A stretch of DNA of 19,884 bases from Promethearchaeota archaeon. GTDB taxonomy: Archaea > Asgardarchaeota > Lokiarchaeia > Sigyniarchaeales > SOKP01. The position numbers were made by a program, and so were the translations under genes. The stretch covers positions 1 to 19,884 of the forward strand of contig SHMW01000079.1 in assembly GCA_008080735.1 (NCBI GenBank), read 5' to 3'. Positions 9,187-17,100 of this stretch are shown here, one piece after another (the first letter of the stretch is position 1; every line of letters begins with the position of its first letter). The notes under the pieces were generated by a model. The model made no database searches. It was not told where the DNA came from and was given only the letters and a program-made list of their open reading frames with translations.

Positions 9187-9339
9187 ATCAGCATCTTCTA
9201 CTATTACGATACATATGATTTACTGGTAAATGCATCACTCGAGGGCTTTTTTGTAAATGTGTTGGTTCTATCCATTTATTCAACTGCCTTGATAATAACC
9301 TCGGTGCTCATCTTTCAAAAGCGAAATATCCCAGTTTAA
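9187..9339 (+). pseudogene. orphan duplicate 3' end (50 codons plus stop) of the ABC permease gene
   Basis: Translates ISIFYYYDTYDLLVNASLEGFFVNVLVLSIYSTALIITSVLIFQKRNIPV* versus permease ISIFYYFDTYDLLVNASLDGLFINMLILSIYSVALIIASILIFQKRNIPV*; in-frame TGA at 9175-9177 and no upstream ATG. Confidence 0.95.
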
Positions 9340-9540
9340 ATATTTCAATTTTTCACATTTCTTTTTTTATTAATAGAATCCAATCTACCTTGGAGAGTTT
9401 TTCCATGTCAGATTTCGAGTTCTTTTATCACCCTTTATAAAAAAATGCTATTTAAAGATTAACAAATATCGTTTGAAGGGAGAGAGAAGGGAGATAATTC
9501 CAAAAAGCAATATATATAAAATTTTGAGTTTTTATCAAAA

Positions 9541-10566
9541 TCAAGGGAAAATTTGAACCGGTACGTTATCAATTGTAATTGGATTTTGGTTCCATCTCCA
9601 GCCAGAGATTTTACACCTATAAAATGCATGATGTGGAGAATGTTCACGGTGAATATGACCTGCATAGTATGGTACGATAATGTGCTCACCTTTGTAGGTC
9701 GTTATGATATCTTCTAAATCATAAAATGAATCCTTATTGAGATTTGCCCCAAAAAGCGCTATTTCAGAAGGAAACCAAGGATAAATTTCAGAATCATCGC
9801 AATAATCGGGATCTCCCAAATATAACACCTTTTCTAATATCTTTCGAATCTGTGCAGGACCGTGTGAAGGGCCTAATTCTATTACAAATACAATGTTTCT
9901 GATCCCTCCTTTTGCCATCCTTTTTCCTAACCATGAATCTATTCTATTCATTTTACGTTTGCCGCCTTCAAGAAGAATATCAACCGAGAGCTCTTCTTTA
10001 TCAGGAGGACAACAAATTAATACATTTTTATCTATTTCCGCATCGGGTTCATAACGATTTTTTACCCATTCAAATAATAACTTGAGATGAGATTTCAAGG
10101 TTCCTTGTGCTTTTTTCCCTGCTATAGATTTATCTACTTCAATTTCTTGGTCTGTTTCTGCTCCCTCTTCCTCGATAACTCGTATATAATTTTCGACTTC
10201 TGTAATGAAGGGTTCAAATTTAGCAATATCTCCGTCAAAATCCTTAATATCTCCTTTATATTGCCTAACGAATAATTCTCCGAGATCATCCGCGATATCC
10301 TCTACGACTTGATCCGAAGGTTCTTTTCTGTCAGCAACTATCGCTACTACAACGCCTTCTTCCATTTTAACCTCGATCTTGTTTTCTTCGGTCATAAATT
10401 TGGTTAAATCACCGATATTAGCTTCCCGCAAAAATGAACGGATGCCTTGGAGCGCTCCCGAAAACATGGCAGAGGGCACGTTCAAATGGTCATCCAAGTC
10501 AAACAAATCCACATGGACTAAGGGAACACCAGAATCACGATGAATAATATGCACTTCTTTTATCAT
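9541..10566 (-). CDS. longin-like domain fused to a PD-(D/E)xK-like C-terminal domain
   Basis: From ATG 10566: MIKEVHIIHRDSGVPLV...MFSGALQGIRSFLREA...VVVAIVAD...LFVRQY...DFDGDIAKFEPF matches the Asgard longin pattern. The ORF extension to 10671 is AT-rich and promoter-like. Confidence 0.75.
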   Translation of the reverse strand: MIKEVHIIHRDSGVPLVHVDLFDLDDHLNVPSAMFSGALQGIRSFLREANIGDLTKFMTEENKIEVKMEEGVVVAIVADRKEPSDQVVEDIADDLGELFVRQYKGDIKDFDGDIAKFEPFITEVENYIRVIEEEGAETDQEIEVDKSIAGKKAQGTLKSHLKLLFEWVKNRYEPDAEIDKNVLICCPPDKEELSVDILLEGGKRKMNRIDSWLGKRMAKGGIRNIVFVIELGPSHGPAQIRKILEKVLYLGDPDYCDDSEIYPWFPSEIALFGANLNKDSFYDLEDIITTYKGEHIIVPYYAGHIHREHSPHHAFYRCKISGWRWNQNPITIDNVPVQIFP

Positions 10567-10690
10567 ATTTTTCGTAATGGGAAATATAATTATTTGATTG
10601 TATATGGGTTTTAAAACAAAATATAGATAAAAAAAGTAATTAAAAAATTTAAGTACTTTTTCGGGGTTCAATTCTTTTGTGAATTATAAT

Positions 10691-11401
10691 TTAGAATTCT
10701 TCCATAAAAAAGGGTTCTCCATGTCCTGGGAAAACTTTCTTTATAGACAATTCAGTAATTCGATCAATGCTCTTTTTATAGGCTTTTTTATCAGCAATCA
10801 TTTTTGCCTCTATGGGTTTTTTGATGTTTTCCAATAAATCTCCGCAGAAAAGGTTCCCCTCCTTGTCTAAAATACCGATCGAACCTCTTGAATGTCCGGG
10901 AATAGTGAAAACATCCGCATCATAGCCATATTCGGATAGAGATTGGCCGTCTACGAGAAATAGATCGGGAGTAAATCTATCCTCTTTCCTCAAATTTACT
11001 TTGAGGACATATGCCATCAATTTTCCAAACCCACGAATAATAATATTTAAATCTCGATTATATGTAAAATCTCCAAATTCTACCATCCCTATATCGTCTC
11101 GATGCATTGCGATTTTTGTTTGGAATTTTTCTCTCAGATATTTACAATTTCCTACATGGTCGGAATCTCCGTGCGTTACAACAATTAATTTCAAATCCCC
11201 AGGATAGCAACCCGCAGCCAATATAGCCTCTTCCACTTGCTTACGATTCTTTGGTAAACCTGAATCTATTAATATGTATCCATCTTTGCTTTCTACAAGA
11301 TAACAATTTACATCCTCTAATTTAATAATCCTAATTCTTTCGGAGATATCCATTTGATTTAGTTTGAACCTGTTTTCTAATTCTATTACCTCATTACTCA
11401 T
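10691..11401 (-). CDS. metallo-beta-lactamase-fold hydrolase
   Basis: ILIDSG, THGDSDH (HxHxDH variant), PGHSRGS, CGD, PGHG. Confidence 0.93.
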   Translation of the reverse strand: MSNEVIELENRFKLNQMDISERIRIIKLEDVNCYLVESKDGYILIDSGLPKNRKQVEEAILAAGCYPGDLKLIVVTHGDSDHVGNCKYLREKFQTKIAMHRDDIGMVEFGDFTYNRDLNIIIRGFGKLMAYVLKVNLRKEDRFTPDLFLVDGQSLSEYGYDADVFTIPGHSRGSIGILDKEGNLFCGDLLENIKKPIEAKMIADKKAYKKSIDRITELSIKKVFPGHGEPFFMEEF

Positions 11402-11442
11402 TTTTATTTATCAACTCATATTGATATTACTATTCTATTATA

Positions 11443-11486
11443 AGTGAATATTCGTTCACTATTGAATAAATAAATGACCATTCACT
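11443..11486. promoter_or_regulatory. two putative TetR operators
   Basis: AGTGAA-N6-TTCACT at 11443-11460 and degenerate AATAAA-N6-TTCACT at 11469-11486, between the divergent MBL and TetR genes. Confidence 0.65.
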
Positions 11487-11517
11487 TTTAAATATTTTGG
11501 TTCATTATAATGATCTA

Positions 11518-12102
11518 ATGAGAACTCGAGATCCGAAAAAAAAAGAATCGATTATTAATGAAACTATAAAGCTTGTAAATGAGTTGGGATTCACTGGAAT
11601 TTCAATATCGAAGATAGTAGATGAGGCGGGGGTGTCTCCAGCCACAATATATATCTATTATGAAGATAAGCAAGATTTATTAACAAAAATTTATGTGGAT
11701 ATTCGGGAAAAAATGGGAAAAGCCGCGCTTTCTAATTTAAAGAAGCAGATGAGTATTGAAGAGAGATTTAAAACAATTTGGCGTGATTTCTTCAAATATG
11801 CGGTAAAGCATCCCCAGTTCATCTCCTATCGTGAACAATTTGAACAGACTACTATGATGGAGGGAATTAATGAGAATGAATTTGAATTATTTAGTTATAT
11901 CACAGATTTGTTTCAAGAAGGTATAAAAAAAAAGAAGATTAAAGATTTAGAATTGCCATTTTTAGTGTCGTTTGCATTCATACCGATTATTAACCTTCTA
12001 AAATTTCATTTTGACGCTGAATTTACTATGACTGAGAGCAAGATTGGTATAGCAAGCGATATGGCGTGGGATATTATAAAATATTCAGAATCTGAGAAAT
12101 AA
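11518..12102 (+). CDS. TetR/AcrR family regulator
   Basis: GFTGISISKIVDEAGVSPATIYIYYEDKQDL HTH; ATG 11518 preferred to TTG 11497. Confidence 0.94.
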   Translation: MRTRDPKKKESIINETIKLVNELGFTGISISKIVDEAGVSPATIYIYYEDKQDLLTKIYVDIREKMGKAALSNLKKQMSIEERFKTIWRDFFKYAVKHPQFISYREQFEQTTMMEGINENEFELFSYITDLFQEGIKKKKIKDLELPFLVSFAFIPIINLLKFHFDAEFTMTESKIGIASDMAWDIIKYSESEK

Positions 12103-12164
12103 AATATTATCTGCTGGTCTTAACCAAGCTTAATAGTTATTAGAAATCTTGAATTTACCATAGT

Positions 12165-12716
12165 ATGACTGGAAAAAACTTGATATCCCAACAATCCATA
12201 AAAAAGTATCTCGAAAGATTTGAACGGATTAAAAAACTCGGATACACAGAAGAGGGAGATGCTGCATTTATCCAGGAAATGGTGGCAACATCTGAACAAA
12301 TAGACAATTTGTGTGTAAAAGCTTCTATTGGTGAATATGAGCTCTATTGTGATGAACCAGAAAACTTGGGAGGAACAGCAAAAGCCCCTAATCCCATGCA
12401 GACCTTGCTCGGAGCGTTTGCCAACTGTTTAGAAATAAGCGCTATGCTTTATTTCTGCTTTATGAATCTTGATGTCCGCTCAGTCAATGTAAAAGTCATG
12501 GCAAAATACGACAAAAGGAGTGTATTGCTAAGAAAGAAAGATTGTTTACCTGGTTTTTATGATATCACTTACACGTGGTATATTGATACGAACGAAAACA
12601 AGAACAAAATTGAACGAGCTTTAGATGCTATAGCAGAATCATGCCCAGTTAAATGGACTTTGAAAAAGGAACATAAATTTTCACAGAAAATAATTTTGAA
12701 TAAATATCGTAAATAA
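12165..12716 (+). CDS. OsmC/Ohr-like family protein
   Basis: DEPENLGG...PNPMQTLLGAFANCL and distal CPV. Confidence 0.9.
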   Translation: MTGKNLISQQSIKKYLERFERIKKLGYTEEGDAAFIQEMVATSEQIDNLCVKASIGEYELYCDEPENLGGTAKAPNPMQTLLGAFANCLEISAMLYFCFMNLDVRSVNVKVMAKYDKRSVLLRKKDCLPGFYDITYTWYIDTNENKNKIERALDAIAESCPVKWTLKKEHKFSQKIILNKYRK

Positions 12717-12736
12717 TCACATACAATAATACCTTA

Positions 12737-14116
12737 TTATTTTATTCTACATTTTCCACCACAAAATTTTTTATATTCACAATTTTCTACCTTACAAATC
12801 AGGTTTTGCTTGGCATATCGATTCAAACTTTTCCATCCTTCTAAGAATCCCAATTTTTCGATGTTTCCAAATCCTTTCCTAACTTGAGGACAAAGTATAA
12901 TCTTTCCTGTATGTGTAATTCCCATTTTAGTTAATCCCGCATTGCATCCTAATAACATATCATAATATTGGTCAAATCCTTGAAAATTGAGAATTTCCAA
13001 TAATCTAAAAGTATATGGACTTAATCCAAGAAAAGGGGCGTCTATATATATTTTATCTAAATAATTAAGAATGTATTTAACTAATTCTTCTCTTATTATA
13101 GACTTTTTTCTATCTTGAAATCCCAATTTTTTACTAGCAATAGCACCCCTTCCCGTGGATGATAAAGTTAAGAATTGGATACGTTTAGCATTATTATGAA
13201 TAGCAACATCAATGAGTTCATCAATTTCAGAGATATTGTGCCTCCCTAAAACACAAGTTACATTCATCAAAATTTCATTTTTTTTCATAAGTTTTAAAGT
13301 TTTCAGGACTTTATCATATGTTCCCTCTACTCCTCTAAATGAATCATGAGTTTTCGAACAAGTTCCATCTAGACTCACATCAATAGCTAATTTTTCATAA
13401 TTGGAAAGTTTTTTGGCGATATCTACATCTATGAGAGTACCATTTGTGGATATATAACAAAATATATCTTTCTGAGTTATTTTTTCAATTATTCCTAAGA
13501 TATCTTTTCTCATAAACGGTTCCCCTCCTAATAAATGGATACTTTGAATCCCATATTTACTAAATTGGTCAATCCAATGAAATATTTGTTTAGAAGTTAG
13601 TTCTCCCAACAATGTCTTCTCAGTTGCGTCAGCATAACAGTGAACACATTTTAAATTGCATGTGCCCGTAATTTCCCATTGAATTGTTAATGGAAGATTC
13701 AAATATTTTATTTGAGAATTAAAAGGACTTTCAATATATCTGAAATCAGATTTAGGTACATATTTTTCAAATAGCCTCAGAAAAGCGTCAACTTGATATT
13801 CTGAGATTTCCTCTTCTTTTGCTATGATTTTAATCTTCTCTTCTCTGTTAAATTCGAAATTTTGATAATATATATTTAAGGCTCTTACAGCTTCTTTTGA
13901 AAGTCTGAATTGAAGTGGATTCTCTCCTTTTAGAAATCCAAATCCATCATATCTAAGAGTAAATTCATTTTTTACTCCATCTGATTCTGAAATGTGCATT
14001 TTATCATATTTAGATTTGAAGATATCAAGATATTTCTTCCAATTCTTAAATTCCGATAAACAAGGTAAATAATATGAACAAAGAAGTGGTTTAATTTCAA
14101 GTTTCAAAATAATCAC
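12737..14116 (-). CDS. radical SAM/SPASM protein (PqqE/MftC-like) with N-terminal extension
   Basis: WEITGTCNLKCVHCY (CxxxCxxC), GGEP, STNG, VSLDG...HDSFRG; SPASM CNAG...LCP...C-x4-C-x5-C-x3-C. Start is GTG 14116 or ATG 13999. Confidence 0.93.
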   Translation of the reverse strand: MIILKLEIKPLLCSYYLPCLSEFKNWKKYLDIFKSKYDKMHISESDGVKNEFTLRYDGFGFLKGENPLQFRLSKEAVRALNIYYQNFEFNREEKIKIIAKEEEISEYQVDAFLRLFEKYVPKSDFRYIESPFNSQIKYLNLPLTIQWEITGTCNLKCVHCYADATEKTLLGELTSKQIFHWIDQFSKYGIQSIHLLGGEPFMRKDILGIIEKITQKDIFCYISTNGTLIDVDIAKKLSNYEKLAIDVSLDGTCSKTHDSFRGVEGTYDKVLKTLKLMKKNEILMNVTCVLGRHNISEIDELIDVAIHNNAKRIQFLTLSSTGRGAIASKKLGFQDRKKSIIREELVKYILNYLDKIYIDAPFLGLSPYTFRLLEILNFQGFDQYYDMLLGCNAGLTKMGITHTGKIILCPQVRKGFGNIEKLGFLEGWKSLNRYAKQNLICKVENCEYKKFCGGKCRIK

Positions 14117-14126
14117 AAAAAAAAAA
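14117..14126 (-). terminator. possible archaeal oligo-T terminator
   Basis: T10 on the minus strand immediately after the TAA of the giant gene. Confidence 0.4.
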
Positions 14127-17100
14127 TTAAAAATTAGATATAAGATAAATTAACACAATTGCGATAATAACTATCCCTGCTCCTAAACCAATAGTAAGTA
14201 ATCCATATTTTGTTTTGAAGAATGATTTTTGGCTATACTCAATCTTAACATGTTTTGAGTCTTGAGCATACAAAATTCTTTCTTCCCAACGCGCAATGAT
14301 TTCAAATTTATAGTTACCAGGACCTGTTAATCGTGGTTCTATAATCGCTTTCGCATTTTCAATTGACCCAATTTTGCGTAGATTTAATTGATTTGGAATC
14401 AAAGTTGTTTTAAATTGTATAGGGTTATATTTATGTTTAATAGATAAATTTACCATTCCTAATTGGCGATTTCCATTATTAATTACCGTTAAATTGAATT
14501 TTGTATCACCTTTAGAAGAAATAAGTTTCTTAGTTCTGCTTGTTTTTAATAATACACTCCAATTTGCTCCAGGAGGAGCACTTTTAATAGTAATTCGTTC
14601 TGATTGTTTAACTAATGGATTTCCCTTGCTTACCGCTGAAAGTGAGATTATTCCACTATCACTAAGTTTTGCTGATCTGGGTGAATTAACATTTATTTTA
14701 TAGGAGTGAGTGCTATCAGGAGTTAACGAGATCTTTTTCTTCTTCGGATATATCCACCATCCACTTGGTAATGTATGTGCGGCAGAAATAATTACAGTGT
14801 CATATTTTCTCCCAATATTTTCAAGCGTAACTTTTATAGTCGCTCTTTTCCCTTGGACAACAGATAAAATCCGCCAATCTCTTTTTAATGCGAATTGATA
14901 ATCCTTTCTGTTATTCGTAATATCAATATTTATAATATTCGTGAATTTCCTTGGATCCTCAGCAACTCCACTGACTAACTTGATGGGAATCTTGTTTCCA
15001 ATCATTACATCTTCGGGAATTTTGATTTCCCAGATAATTTTACGACTATCACCATTTTTTAATTTGAAATTATGAGGTGGTCTGCTTATTAACTCAACAT
15101 CTCCCTCTATATTAATAATTACATTATAAAATTCCTTATCCGCCGAAGGAAAGATATTAAATTGGGCTATTAATTTTAAGGTTATTCCTGGATCACCTGC
15201 GTTCGGTGAGGATCGAAATGTTACTCCTAAGGGATGGGACTTTGCTTCAAAACTAGTCAATAATGCTAATTCTTTATTAAACATAAATTTGGAATTATTA
15301 GATTCCAATGGATCCCAACTGTATTTTACTGATATGAAATTTGTGACTTCAAAGCTTTGTGCCTTCTGAGTTGATTTAACATTAAATAGAAGATCCTCTC
15401 TTCGTCCAGTTAATTGCAATTTCAGCTCTTTTTTATTGTTAGATGAAAAGAAATAGTCCCAATTATTTTCCAAAGCTTCAGATTGACCGATGGTTTCAAC
15501 TTCTAAATCTAATTTAATATTTGAATTGTTAATTATTTTTACTACATACTGAGTTTCATAATCTCTTTTCATTTTATGATGAGGGTCTTCACATTTTAAC
15601 AAAAATATCTCTGAAAAATCCTTAATAACGTTTATTTTTAATTTTAAATCTTTTTTAATTTCTTGTTCTTTCACAGTGGCAGTTCCTATTATTGAAAAAT
15701 TTAATGTTGTACCTTTGACAATATTCCGAGAAGCAGCTATACCGATTACTAAACTCTGAACCCTATCCTCCGATAGAGTATAAACTTGATGATTAAGTGG
15801 CTTAGCCTTACTATTTGATGTTTCTTTAATAAAAATAGTATAGTTTTCGGCTTGTGATTTAATTAAATTTGAACTAATTTTCACTCGTATACTATCTACA
15901 TCATCCTCTTTAATAATTTCAATTGGAAACTCAGCAACTCTATGATAGGTTAGTGTCTCTAAAGTTTTCTCAGCTTTGAATCTGAATGCTTTGATTTCTC
16001 TTTCCTCAATTCTAATGGCTTTTTGGCTTACCATATGAAGATCTAAGCTATCAGAATTAAATTCCCATTGAATATACTTAATATCGGTTTTCTCTGTAGT
16101 ATCCATTATGTATTCAAAGTATCCAAACGAATTTGGAGGTAAAGACTTAAGACAGTGTAATTTAAATTTAGGATGAAAATAAAGCACTCCCCCATCTTTA
16201 AGTGTAACTAGACTATTTTTAATAATATCTCGTTCCCCTAATAAATATCTTCCCTTTTCAATTAAAACTTCTCCAGATAATCCAGCAAATTCAAAGAAAT
16301 ATGTTTCACCCTCCTTTAATAACACGGAATTTTGGAGATAATGAATTCCATGTGTAGCGTCATATTCAGAAAATTCTGAGATTTTATATCCTAAATAGGA
16401 TATATTTAATTCGGAACATCGGACTTTCTCGGTCGATCCTGAAATGGATAATAATTCAATAGAATCTATCCACATATCGTAAGAAGCTATGAATTCAAAA
16501 CTAATCATCTTACTTTCGGTATGTGATTCTGCTGTTCCATTTTCAAATGGAGTTCTCTCAAAGTTAGATTGAATTATCCTTGTTTCAACTTTTTCAATAT
16601 TTTGCTCATTCTTATTTTCATCTAGTTCTTTGAACAAAATTTCTCCATTGCGTATGTTGAGTGGACCATTTCCTGTATTTTCTAATCTAGATCCGACGAT
16701 GATTGTCTCACCTTCAACAGCAACGCTCTTATCTACTGATAATTTAGGTTTAACAAGTTCAGGTGGCCAAGAATCAAAGGTTATGCTTACTGATTGTTCT
16801 TGTCTTCCAGTAAATATTGGAATATTTTCTCCCATTAAATGTTCAAAATCTTTTTCTAGAATTGCTACTTTAAATTTTCGTATCCACCCCTCTATACCAT
16901 AGGTACTCAATCCCAAATTGGTAGTGTCCAATGTCAAACTTACACCAGTTTCATCATTATAATTAATATTATCTGATGATGTGTAATACTGTTTCGATAT
17001 CAATTGATTTTTTCCTTCTCTATCATCAAGATACCATCTAACGCATAGATTCCTATAATTAACAAAAGCCCCTCCAGTATTCCTTACGCTACTTGATAAT

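Noticed and set aside
7240-9339. Diversity-generating retroelement VR/TR pair
   Set aside because: Differences are not adenine-specific (many T/C wobble changes), are mostly synonymous, and no reverse transcriptase is in the window.
9353-9443. Minus-strand TATA-like box with a 17-aa ORF (MEKLSKVDWILLIKKEM) that could drive antisense RNA over the orphan permease tail
   Set aside because: Such motifs are frequent by chance at this AT content and there is no independent support.
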